From the NCBI GenBank assembly GCA_021149145.1, contig GCA_021149145.1_4322.1: 34,803 nucleotides of DNA; one strand, 5' to 3'. Shown here one piece after another: positions 24,534-33,449 of this stretch. The notes beneath the pieces were generated by a model that saw nothing but the letters and a program-made list of their open reading frames with translations, ran no database searches and was not told the origin of the DNA. Made by a program: the position numbers and the translations under genes. Each line of letters begins with the position of its first letter. Positions within the stretch are counted from its first letter, which is position 1. This stretch comes from a phage.

Positions 24534-25514
24534 CTTGTGCCGACCTCGTTGTTATTGATACTGAGTAAAGCTCTCTCTTTTTCTTGCCGCCAATATAGCT
24601 TCTAACCTTAACTCCGTCATTAGCAATAAATGCTATTAGCGCATCAACTACTGATTGAACTTCACTCCTGCTAAATGATTCGGTGTGGATTTCTACAACC
24701 CTCTTCCCTGAGCTTACAGTGCAATGACCATCATCACCAAAGTAAGCAGCCCAACCAACTGGATCAAGCTCTCTGCATATCTTTCCAATATCGTAACCAT
24801 CCTTAGAATTTCCGTACTTATCAGCATATGAATCCAGAACTTTCGTACATGATGTTGATACGCAAAACCAGTTGTCGCCAAATCCAGGGTTTTTCTTCTC
24901 CCTGTATCTAGGGTTTAGTTTTGCAAACCTTTCAACCTTGCTTAGTGCGTGCTCCTTATTTCCAATATTCCAAGATAGCCTATGCGTTCCTTTTTCTGTA
25001 TTTTTAATCAAGCAACCATCACCAGCCATTGCCGCAAGAATGTTTTGATGTAAAAAGTCATCAACCTCCATTGATGGGTTGACGGTTGAATTATGATGCC
25101 CCGTTCTGTAATCCAAATAGAAATCGAAAGGGTTCTTAAGAAGTACGCCTAACCCCTTGCTTGAATGCGGCATAACTTTTTCACCACAGCCACACTTGCA
25201 CGCAGGAGCTTTTTCGTAAATTTGTCCTGCGAGCCGTCTAGCGACAGATTCATCCCAATACGAAGTTTTCCCGCTCCTACCCAGCAGCCGTTCGAATAAA
25301 GTTTGTGTGTACTCGTGCATTTTATTTCCTCTCCGCTTTCTAATTTAATTGATGATACATGTCTTACACCATTAGTAAAAACTCTTTTTGGCTTATGATA
25401 GAAGTAATCACCAGTGCTTTCGTTTATGCATTTTATTTTATGATTGATAAGGTCTTCGCTATCAATCCTCATCATCCCTGAATCGGTGGTTATCATCGTG
25501 TCTCCAGTTAAGCA
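24375..25514 (-). mobile_element. Intein (1140 nt, 380 codons) in helicase motif II, with LAGLIDADG endonuclease encoded in a shifted frame
   Basis: Block A CLTGDTMITT directly after ...VIAIDE; block B KCTSTHKLY; blocks F/G VWDIEMPEHHNFIADGVVAHN then C; joined exteins read DE-CH. The two splicing domains share one frame; the endonuclease ORF is in another. Confidence 0.75.
24466..25320 (-). CDS. LAGLIDADG homing endonuclease (intein-internal or free-standing)
   Basis: 284-codon ORF with its own ATG, two LAGLIDADG-like motifs (ILAAMAGDGCL, AAYFGDDGHC); overlaps the flanking ORFs by 172 and 68 nt. Confidence 0.65.
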   Translation of the reverse strand: MHEYTQTLFERLLGRSGKTSYWDESVARRLAGQIYEKAPACKCGCGEKVMPHSSKGLGVLLKNPFDFYLDYRTGHHNSTVNPSMEVDDFLHQNILAAMAGDGCLIKNTEKGTHRLSWNIGNKEHALSKVERFAKLNPRYREKKNPGFGDNWFCVSTSCTKVLDSYADKYGNSKDGYDIGKICRELDPVGWAAYFGDDGHCTVSSGKRVVEIHTESFSRSEVQSVVDALIAFIANDGVKVRSYIGGKKKRELYSVSITTRSAQDEFFKRISKHMENGVEYKIKQN

Positions 25515-25958
25515 CTCATCTATCGCGATAACAGCAGGAGCATAGTCACCAAGCCCCTTAAACAAGCCGTTAGCAGCCGTTCCCTCACTAGCCACTATGG
25601 TTGGATAGTAAACTGATTTAACGTTAAGGCCAGCGCAATAGACGCTATTACGGATGCCGAAATTACGAAGTTCCTCTGCGTTCTGGCTGACAATCTCTGA
25701 CTGGCGAGATAGGACCATGTAAGGAAGGCCAAGCTGTTCCATTCGTTTCCCAATCATGGCGAGAATAATCGTCTTGCCAGCCGAAACCGATAGGTCTGCT
25801 ATGAATGGCGCTTCGTACTTGCCAATAGCCTTTCCGATTGCGTCAAATGTCACGCACTGGAATGGGTATGGTGTGATTTCTCCGAACTGATAATCATTTT
25901 GAATCTGCTTGATTTTATCTTGGTCAAAGTTTGCTACTAAGCGTTCTACTGGAAGCAT
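25149..25958 (-). CDS. Helicase, N-terminal part: N-extein (148 aa, Walker A SVSAGKT, Walker B IAIDE) fused to 121-aa intein N-terminal segment
   Basis: ORF ends at TAG after intein blocks A and B; same frame as the C-terminal helicase ORF. Confidence 0.7.
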   Translation of the reverse strand: MLPVERLVANFDQDKIKQIQNDYQFGEITPYPFQCVTFDAIGKAIGKYEAPFIADLSVSAGKTIILAMIGKRMEQLGLPYMVLSRQSEIVSQNAEELRNFGIRNSVYCAGLNVKSVYYPTIVASEGTAANGLFKGLGDYAPAVIAIDECLTGDTMITTDSGMMRIDSEDLINHKIKCINESTGDYFYHKPKRVFTNGVRHVSSIKLESGEEIKCTSTHKLYSNGCWVGAGKLRIGMNLSLDGSQDKFTKKLLRASVAVVKKLCRIQARG

Positions 25959-25999
25959 TTTAAATATCCTGATAGTTCTTTAGTTCGTTGCATTGATGT

Positions 26000-26043
26000 A
26001 TAATAACAGCCATAGAACCCATTGTTTAACAAAAAGTGCTATT
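26000..26043 (-). promoter_or_regulatory. Motif-type promoter (variant element + TATTAT) upstream of helicase
   Basis: Minus strand AATAGCACTTTTTGTTAAA, 21 nt, TATTAT, ~40 nt before the helicase ATG at 25958; divergent from the HTH gene. Confidence 0.4.
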
Positions 26044-26054
26044 GAGGTAATGAG

Positions 26055-26528
26055 ATGTGTAAAATTGACAAGCGAACTATTAACGGCAATAACGGGACCG
26101 TCCGCACGCAAGACAAGAAGCAACGCAAGCGACCTTCAGGCTACTACGTATTGAAAGATGAAGTAAAGGCTGGTCTACGCGCGCGTCTGGAAATGATTCT
26201 TGATTTCTACGGCACGAAAGCCAATATCGCCAAGCAGTTAAATGTATCTCACCAGACTGTAGAGCAATGGTTTAATCGCGGGATGATTTCGGCTCGAGGG
26301 GCTCAGAGAGCGCATAATGCGTACAAGCGAAATAAGGAAGGGTTCCGAGCTACATTCTGCCGACCAGACCTGCAATTCGACGGTAACGGAAAGCCGCTAA
26401 CACTTCGATGCAAGAAACGCCATATGCTTCGCGTAGTTACCGAGGCAGAACTAGCAATAAAACCACCCTGTCGACCGTGGCGCAAGAATAAGATTGCTAA
26501 CGAAGCAGCACGAAAAGCTAAAGGGTAA
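26055..26528 (+). CDS. Putative HTH DNA-binding protein (157 aa)
   Basis: Basic N-terminus; HTH-like segment TKANIAKQLNVSHQTVEQWFNRGMIS; first rightward gene from a divergent region. Confidence 0.45.
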   Translation: MCKIDKRTINGNNGTVRTQDKKQRKRPSGYYVLKDEVKAGLRARLEMILDFYGTKANIAKQLNVSHQTVEQWFNRGMISARGAQRAHNAYKRNKEGFRATFCRPDLQFDGNGKPLTLRCKKRHMLRVVTEAELAIKPPCRPWRKNKIANEAARKAKG

Positions 26529-26579
26529 GTGATTGGATGTGCCATAATAGGCACATCCTTTTTTATTGGAGAGAAGAAA

Positions 26580-27059
26580 ATGAACTGGCATGATTATTTT
26601 TACTATGTAGATGGCAAATTGCATTGGAAGATTAGCACTGCAAGACGTGTTAAGGTTGGCGATGAGTGCAACTCACTATCTACATCTGGCTATTACAAAG
26701 TGTCTGTTAATGGCTTTAGGACTTATGTACATAGAGTTGTGTGGGAGATGTTTAATGGATAACTTCAAAATGGCGACTACATTGATCATATAAACCATAA
26801 CAAATTAGATAACAGAATAGAAAACCTAAGAGTAACAACAAATCAAGGTAACTCAAGAAATTGCAAGCTTAGCGTTTTATCAACAACTGGTTATTGTGGA
26901 GTGGCAAAGCTAAATCACGGAAAATTTAAGGCTCACATCACGGTTGACGGCAAGCAGCTACACCTTGGTAACTTCGATACTCCAGAACGGGCGTATAAAG
27001 TAAGAATTGAAGCAGAGAGAAAATACAACTTTCACGAAAATAACGGGTTAAGCAAATGA
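26580..27059 (+). pseudogene. HNH-AP2-type homing endonuclease interrupted by an in-frame TAA (26760-26762)
   Basis: GGAGAGAAG RBS; MNWHDYFYYVDGKLHWK...HRVVWEMFNG, TAA, then same frame LQNGDYIDHINHNKLDNRIENLRVTTNQGNSRN (HNH) and an AP2-like tail; stop overlaps primase ATG (ATGA). Confidence 0.6.
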
Positions 27060-27979
27060 ATTACGATAAGAATGAAGTTATACCTAAGATGGCCGGATTG
27101 TGGAAATCATTTTATGTAAAGGAACTTGGTTGGAATGATAGACACATAAGTAAGAAGCACGGACCATGCCCATGCTGCTTTGGCACTGACAGATTCAGAT
27201 TTACCGACGAAATAGGCAGTGAAAAAGGAAATGGCGCGGCAGTTTGTTCGAAATGCGGAAGTGACTCCGGTATAGGATGGGTCATGAAGTGCACCGGATT
27301 GTCCTTCGCCGATTCAGTAAATTTGCTTGGTGACTGGCTGAACTTAACACCAATTGAGGTTATAGTTAAAGCAAACAAGCAAGCCTCGAGAACTAAGCGT
27401 TACAAAATGGGCGCTCAAGTCGACCATGAGAAAGTCCTGGAGGTTATGGAGAGAACTAAGAGAGTGGAATCGAGTCCACTCACGACATACGAGGGTATTT
27501 ATGACGCGTTTGGTTTTGATGTTGGTATAGCTAAAAATGGTTCAATGATTCACGCAATCCCTTGTTCGATGGTTTATGAAGATGGGCTTAGTGATGAGTT
27601 CTGTAACGTAATGTTTATCGATGAGGATTCAAATGTTAAGTTCCTTGCTGGTGATTACACTCGTGATTCTGTTTCCGTTATTGGTTCTAAGCAGGATGAT
27701 AGTTATACTTATGTTGTTGACAATTATATTGATGGCATGCGTGTTCACCTTGCTACTGGTGGGCGCGAAGTGTTTGTTGCTTTCTCCTGTTACAATATGG
27801 AGATGGTTATCCACCGCGACAAGTCAAGGAAGTTCAGAATTGCTTGCCGTGATTCTGATAGCGATATACTCGCCGTTGCTGACGATAGGGGTGTTGATGT
27901 TGTAGTTCCTAATGACGGTGAGTCATTTAAAACAGGCATACGAAAGAAAGTGTACAAAGCAAACGACTTGCTAAACTAG
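27056..27979 (+). CDS. DNA primase (zinc ribbon plus TOPRIM-like region)
   Basis: 307 aa; N-terminal Cys4 ribbon GPCPCCFGTDRFRF...AVCSKCG typical of primase zinc-binding domains; acidic DxD-like clusters later (CRDSDSDILAVADDRG). Confidence 0.55.
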   Translation: MNYDKNEVIPKMAGLWKSFYVKELGWNDRHISKKHGPCPCCFGTDRFRFTDEIGSEKGNGAAVCSKCGSDSGIGWVMKCTGLSFADSVNLLGDWLNLTPIEVIVKANKQASRTKRYKMGAQVDHEKVLEVMERTKRVESSPLTTYEGIYDAFGFDVGIAKNGSMIHAIPCSMVYEDGLSDEFCNVMFIDEDSNVKFLAGDYTRDSVSVIGSKQDDSYTYVVDNYIDGMRVHLATGGREVFVAFSCYNMEMVIHRDKSRKFRIACRDSDSDILAVADDRGVDVVVPNDGESFKTGIRKKVYKANDLLN

Positions 27980-28000
27980 CCTCCTTCGGGAGGTTTTTTA
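27978..28000 (+). terminator. Rho-independent terminator after primase
   Basis: CCTCC-TTCG-GGAGG hairpin followed by TTTTTTA. Confidence 0.75.
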
Positions 28001-28064
28001 TTGCCTGAAAGATGGTAGAATGAATTTTGGCAATTAGTGCTACTTTACAAATGGAGACTTTACA

Positions 28065-30518
28065 ATGGCAATTTATGACTTAGGAACAGCATCGCTAGCC
28101 TCAAATGGCGAGGTTACTGGCGTAGGTACTACATGGAAAGCACCTCTTACACTGATTCGTGTAGGTGCTACTATCATTTTCAAAACCAGCCCTCTGAAAA
28201 TTTACACCATCTCTGAAATCATCAGCGATACTCAGGTTAATGTTTATAATCCAAGTTCTGAAACTGTTCCCGCTGGTACTGGTTACGCAATTCTTGCTCA
28301 TGATGGAATTACTGTTCAGGGGTTGGCGCAGGATGTTGCGGAAACATTGCGTTACTACCAGTCAAAAGAGACTTCTATTGAAAGTCTACTGCAATTTATT
28401 GGTCAAGATACTTTTGATTGGCCTCGTCTTGAACAACTGGCAACTCAGTCAACTACCGGAGCTGCCGAGGCGCTTGCTAGTCAGATCTCTGCCGCTGAGA
28501 GTGCCTCTACAGCGGTAGGTGCTAGCAATAACGCACAAAATTCATATAACAGGACGGTTGCAGCAATAAATGCGGCTGGAAATACAGCGGCTGTTGCTTA
28601 CTTTGCTGATCACGGAATAGGTAGCACGACAACGCCATTTCTTACCTCTTTAGATTGGCAAACAATGCAATTTTGTTCCGGAGGTCGTTATCAGTGCACA
28701 CTTAGGGATATGTTAAACACCCCAAAAGAAATTAGTTCAATGTTTCCGGTTTCAACAACTCCTATTTGTATTGATGTTATTGCAACTAGGGGTGTTAATT
28801 CGGCTAGTGTATTAAGGTTATCTCCGTCTACTGGGTCAAACTCAAATTTTAGGATTGCAGATGTCACAATTTCTGGTGCGACTGGATCTAGGGTTTTTTA
28901 TGTAAGGGAAGCACTAAGCTTGCCTGGCGGTGATGCTGCAACTGGTGGAGCAAGCGCGTCAAGGGTTAGGGGGTTGCTTGATGTTTACTCAAAGGGTGAG
29001 GTGTTATCAATTTTAAATACAGATTCAAAAAAAAGCACATCAAGCTATGGCGGCTCAATATCTTCAGCAATAGAAACCGCTGGCGATGGCGGGTCGGTAG
29101 TTATAGGCCCGGGAACTTATGAGAGTAATAACTACTCCTTTGCTGGCAGGAACATATCAGGCTCTGGATATAATACCGTAATAAGTGTTAAACCTTTTGA
29201 AACCGGACTCACATCAACGCTATCGGTTCCGCACTGGAGGCAAAAGCATTTATCGGATTTGCAGTTTACAGGTACTGCAATACAAGGTAATAACGGCTTT
29301 CAATTCCCGGATGACCCTTATGCTGGAAGGGTTGTATTGGATAGGCTTTACTTCAATGACCTGGATGTTGGTATAAGGAAAAATGCTGGCAACATTGGAA
29401 ATACCTACAGAAACGTAAGTGTTAGAAATGCGAATTACGGGTATAGAGCAAAAGCTCATGACAAAATGCATATAGGATCGGACACTTTATACGGATACCA
29501 CTCAGATACAATCTCTCAATATTCAGTAATGCTAGATGCGACAAGCACAAGTAGCGCAACGAACCATGGCGCTGGAGGAATTGGTGGGTGGTGGATTAGG
29601 GATTCAATAATGGAGGACTCTGCTGGCGGCGGTATAAGGTTAAAGAATAAACCTGGAGATTGCCCAACATCACCTTGCGGATTGTCTAACGTATGGTTTG
29701 AAGCGATAGCAACTGGGGGAGCAGTTAACGTAGGTGAGGGAGCTGAACTCCCAAGGGTTTTGAAGCTCATCGATACGTCCGTTTTCTTTGCTGAGCATTC
29801 TTATATTAATAACATTGAGTTATCAAATTCAAACCTTGTAACTTATGGGTGCAGGTTTGATAACGCTGATGGGCGCCAAAGTTTCTCTCTTGATTCGAAC
29901 AGTATTATTTTTGCTAAGGATGCATACCTGAATGGATCTTCAACATCAAACGTTATAGTTGAGTCGCTGGTATCACAGACAGCCAAGATAACGGGTACAT
30001 CTGACTTATCTGTTAGAGGATATGTTACTAAAGGTCGAGTTTTTAATCCAGATTCCGGAACTGTTTTAGTCAGGAGGCCTTTTGGTACTGGTGGGAGCAA
30101 CTTTGGTGGAACAGCGTCGGCAAGTGAAGGTCCTGATACAAGGGGTATACACTCGCTATCATCTGGATACTACGAATTGCTTGGTGCGGCTCAGTACGAA
30201 TTGATAAATGGTGCCTTTAATATAACCGCTGGCAAATGGTATGTTTGGGGTATCTCTGCAAACAGAATTCAAGGTGGTGCTGATGGTGTTATCCGTATTT
30301 TTGGTAGAGCATCTTTAGGGCAGGTATTCACTGAGGGCGGTAAGTGGGTTCACACATTTGGAGTTGCTCAGGCTTCAGTCTCTGGCACTGCAAACCTGCA
30401 TATCAACCTTAATGGGCTACCTGGTATGGCATTAAGTCTTGCTGATTACTTCGTTGTAGAGTTCGATAACCAAAGAGACGCTTTAATATTTGCCAACTCA
30501 AGGATGGCGCTTCAATAA
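28065..30518 (+). CDS. Tailspike / tail fibre protein with probable beta-helix (depolymerase-like) domain
   Basis: 817 aa, GGAGA RBS; Gly/Ser/Thr/Asn-rich repetitive central region of the kind seen in right-handed beta-helix tailspikes; flanked by terminators. Confidence 0.55.
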   Translation: MAIYDLGTASLASNGEVTGVGTTWKAPLTLIRVGATIIFKTSPLKIYTISEIISDTQVNVYNPSSETVPAGTGYAILAHDGITVQGLAQDVAETLRYYQSKETSIESLLQFIGQDTFDWPRLEQLATQSTTGAAEALASQISAAESASTAVGASNNAQNSYNRTVAAINAAGNTAAVAYFADHGIGSTTTPFLTSLDWQTMQFCSGGRYQCTLRDMLNTPKEISSMFPVSTTPICIDVIATRGVNSASVLRLSPSTGSNSNFRIADVTISGATGSRVFYVREALSLPGGDAATGGASASRVRGLLDVYSKGEVLSILNTDSKKSTSSYGGSISSAIETAGDGGSVVIGPGTYESNNYSFAGRNISGSGYNTVISVKPFETGLTSTLSVPHWRQKHLSDLQFTGTAIQGNNGFQFPDDPYAGRVVLDRLYFNDLDVGIRKNAGNIGNTYRNVSVRNANYGYRAKAHDKMHIGSDTLYGYHSDTISQYSVMLDATSTSSATNHGAGGIGGWWIRDSIMEDSAGGGIRLKNKPGDCPTSPCGLSNVWFEAIATGGAVNVGEGAELPRVLKLIDTSVFFAEHSYINNIELSNSNLVTYGCRFDNADGRQSFSLDSNSIIFAKDAYLNGSSTSNVIVESLVSQTAKITGTSDLSVRGYVTKGRVFNPDSGTVLVRRPFGTGGSNFGGTASASEGPDTRGIHSLSSGYYELLGAAQYELINGAFNITAGKWYVWGISANRIQGGADGVIRIFGRASLGQVFTEGGKWVHTFGVAQASVSGTANLHINLNGLPGMALSLADYFVVEFDNQRDALIFANSRMALQ

Positions 30519-30548
30519 AAAAAGCCCCGAAAGGGGCTTTATCTTTTA
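30517..30548. terminator. Bidirectional rho-independent terminator between convergent tailspike and SSB genes
   Basis: A7-GCCCC-GAAA-GGGGC-TTTATCTTTT. Confidence 0.8.
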
Positions 30549-30977
<429 letters not shown>

Positions 30978-31017
30978 TTTATTTCTCTCTTAATGCTGTG
31001 GCCGAAGCCCCGTTAAA

Positions 31018-31668
31018 TTAGAATGTATCGATTTCTTGAGATTGTACTTCAACTTTTTCTTCTTGAGCGGGCTTTTGTGCAACCTGCTTAGGTTTTGCTG
31101 GGTTAAAGCCGCTAGCTGCATTGGCCTGAATCTCTGCCTTGCGCTCGATAATGTGAGGCTCAAGCACTAACCAGCCGGCTGAATCAAGTGACTGCTTCGC
31201 CTCTTTGTAAACATTACGGAGGTCATCAAGAGTACTGCACTTAGCCAAGTCTTTCTTGAATGAGTTGATGCTTTTAACTGCTAACTGACCATCATCATCT
31301 GCCTGGCTTAAACCTAACGCCGCTGTGATTGCGTAACGGCGAGCGTATGTAAGTGATGACCCATAACCTTGAGCATCTTGCTTACTGATTGGGACTATGG
31401 TCAGGAAACTAACCCACTCTCCAGATTCTGCATGGTAAACTGTTGTTTCAACCTTAATACGAGTGCTTACATCATCATCAATCATCGACTGAAACATCAC
31501 CAGTCCGCTATCAGCCAAGCCTGGCTCTACAGCTGCTAAAACATCATCTAAAGTAGCGTACTTGTTCTTGAGGTGCGAGTTCTGCTTTGACTTTTCAGCC
31601 TTTGCAAACTTTGATTTAGCCTCGAATAACGCCTTCAATACTTGCTTGTTTTGCTCAGAAGTTTTCAT
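31018..31668 (-). CDS. Single-strand annealing protein (Erf-like)
   Basis: Track ORF 31018..31710; likely start MKTSEQ with GGGGA RBS; GSSLTYARRYAITAALGL segment resembles the ERF family; sits beside exonuclease and SSB. Confidence 0.55.
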   Translation of the reverse strand: MKTSEQNKQVLKALFEAKSKFAKAEKSKQNSHLKNKYATLDDVLAAVEPGLADSGLVMFQSMIDDDVSTRIKVETTVYHAESGEWVSFLTIVPISKQDAQGYGSSLTYARRYAITAALGLSQADDDGQLAVKSINSFKKDLAKCSTLDDLRNVYKEAKQSLDSAGWLVLEPHIIERKAEIQANAASGFNPAKPKQVAQKPAQEEKVEVQSQEIDTF

Positions 31669-31698
31669 TCCCCATCTCTCTTTCGTTTCGATGGGGTA

Positions 31699-31743
31699 AT
31701 GATACCCCACCTGTTAATTTTGTCTTTAGCAATTAGTGCTATT
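31699..31743 (-). promoter_or_regulatory. Motif-type promoter (element + TATCAT)
   Basis: Minus strand AATAGCACTAATTGCTAAA, 22 nt, TATCAT, leader ...CCCATCGAAACGAAAGAGAG; the element's TAG is the exonuclease stop codon. Confidence 0.45.
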
Positions 31744-32710
31744 TTAGAAGTTCTTGATACTGCTTACTTACCCACTCAGGAATCATCAAATCTTGCTCTG
31801 TAATTCCATTACTGTATCCAGGCCACTCATCAAGTTCCTTGCACTGCTTGTAAACAGCCAGAGCCTCTAAATATTGTAAGCGCCCAATGCGAAGCTGCTC
31901 ATCTGTAAGTGTGTAGCACATAGGTAAGTAGGGCTCTGTTTTCTCCTGAGCCAGAAGTCGAACCACAACCTTACGCTTTTCGTTGAATGCTTTAACAAAC
32001 AAATCGCGCTGAAGTGCCATCTTACACAGGTAACCATGGTCATAAGCTGACTTACCAAATCCTCTAGGGCTTGCGTCTGCTGTTGTTTTATAGTCAGTAA
32101 TGTAAACCACTCCATTAACAACATCCACGTGGTCAAGCCGAACCTTAACGCCGCAGCCGAGAATCTCACCAAAGATTGACAGCTCTTTCTGTGCTATTGG
32201 TGAATTAATTACCGCATCGTAAGCCGGAATATTGGTCAGAACTTCTCGCATTGCGATTACCTTGTCGTAATCTTTAGCACTAACCAGCTCCTTGCCACTA
32301 ATTAACGCCTCAGCGCTCTCCTGCTGCTCAATTAACCATTTAACCGGCCAATCCTCGCCAGACTTATACATCATCTCCACAAGCTCGTTATAACCCTTCC
32401 CTGACGTGCCGGAAACGCCAACTTTTTTAAGCGCTGCCGATAAAGCTGTTTTGCTAGTAATCAATCCTTCCACTTCGTCAAAGTCAGTAGCTCGCATGTA
32501 AGTGGAATCGAACACTTCACGTTCTAGCATCATCGTATGTCCCAAAGTGCCAAACTTTAGTGCTGCACTTGAGTTGCTGCGCTGCTTAAATTTCCATTTT
32601 GCTGGAGAAGTAGCAAGAATCTCAGCCAGCGAAGAGCCAGAGATATGGTCTTTCTCTTCGTGATAGGATTCATTTGTTAGCTCGTCGTTCGTATAAACTT
32701 TAAATGTCAT
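31739..32710 (-). CDS. PD-(D/E)XK-type exonuclease (recombination)
   Basis: 323 aa; RLDHVD ... ITDYKT gives a D ... (D/E)xK arrangement; upstream of Erf-like gene. Confidence 0.55.
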   Translation of the reverse strand: MTFKVYTNDELTNESYHEEKDHISGSSLAEILATSPAKWKFKQRSNSSAALKFGTLGHTMMLEREVFDSTYMRATDFDEVEGLITSKTALSAALKKVGVSGTSGKGYNELVEMMYKSGEDWPVKWLIEQQESAEALISGKELVSAKDYDKVIAMREVLTNIPAYDAVINSPIAQKELSIFGEILGCGVKVRLDHVDVVNGVVYITDYKTTADASPRGFGKSAYDHGYLCKMALQRDLFVKAFNEKRKVVVRLLAQEKTEPYLPMCYTLTDEQLRIGRLQYLEALAVYKQCKELDEWPGYSNGITEQDLMIPEWVSKQYQELLK

Positions 32711-32713
32711 GGC

Positions 32714-32908
32714 TCAATCCTTAATTTTAACAATCTTAACAGCTTTCAAATCTTCCTCAGTGAAATATCCGGTCAGAATAGATTTTGCCTCTTTCTTGCT
32801 ATCGAATCGGTCCGCTTCAGATTTGTGAACTGTATATCCAGCGGGGCCACCAAAGTAGCAATCGCCGAACAGTGCGTTGTTTTTCTCTTTAATAATGAAG
32901 TATGGCAT
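32714..32908 (-). CDS. Hypothetical protein (64 aa), first leftward gene from the second control region
   Basis: GAGAGATAGAGAA-ATG leader; ORF. Confidence 0.45.
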   Translation of the reverse strand: MPYFIIKEKNNALFGDCYFGGPAGYTVHKSEADRFDSKKEAKSILTGYFTEEDLKAVKIVKIKD

Positions 32909-33071
32909 TTCTCTATCTCTCTATTGTTGCGTGCTTTCGATTAGTTAATGATGCCGTACGCACAACGCATAGTCCAATTGGTATCACCTATTAATTAATC
33001 AAGTATACGCGTATAATTTTGTAACTACGTGTAGACATTGGCATGAGTTACGTTTTTAGCCACTTAAGCCA

Positions 33072-33081
33072 AGCTATAGCT
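33072..33081. repeat. Palindrome AGCTATAGCT (paralog of 13287-13300)
   Basis: Read directly. Confidence 0.7.
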
Positions 33082-33235
33082 CAATGTAAATAGTGAGTAT
33101 ACCGTGTATACCGATTTTAGCGGAGGGTGCATAGGTATAGGTGCTGCGCAATACTGTATAAAATCACATGGTATAAAAATTATAAGCGGAACACTCAAGA
33201 ACAGTAGTTACATGATATACAAGATATACATATAT

Positions 33236-33320
33236 AATAATAATAATAAGAGTAAAAGGTTGATATATATAGATATTATAATGTAACTATGGCGTAAACT
33301 GGCGTAACTGGGCGTATACG
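33236..33320. repeat. AT-rich control element, copy B, with three GGCGTA repeats at exact 10-bp spacing
   Basis: (AAT)4-5 + identical 29-mer (33251-33279) + GGCGTAAACT / GGCGTAACTG / GGCGTATACG at 33291, 33301, 33311. Confidence 0.75.
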
Positions 33321-33373
33321 ATTTCCAGCGGATGCATATGGTATACATGGAGTTACATTGGTTACGCGTAAAC

Positions 33374-33417
33374 AATAGCACGAATAGCTAAAACTAATAC
33401 GCAAAACCCTGTATAGT
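33374..33417 (+). promoter_or_regulatory. Motif-type promoter (element + TATAGT)
   Basis: AATAGCACGAATAGCTAAA, 21 nt, TATAGT, leader ...AAACGAGAGAGG before the ATG at 33450. Confidence 0.45.
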
Positions 33418-33449
33418 TGGTCACACAAAAAACGAGAGAGGATTTCAAA

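Noticed and set aside
23698-24558. Several plus-strand ORFs (73-155 aa) inside the helicase and intein region
   Set aside because: Antisense to the helicase C-extein, which carries recognisable helicase motifs.
25985-26050. Sigma-70-type promoter for the HTH gene (TTGCAT ... TAATAA)
   Set aside because: Spacing between the candidate hexamers is only ~7 nt; I could not place a canonical -35/-10 pair, so only the minus-strand motif-type promoter is reported here.
33104-33286. 60-aa plus-strand ORF in the second AT-rich region
   Set aside because: Same reasoning: lies across the repeated AT-rich core, low-complexity product.
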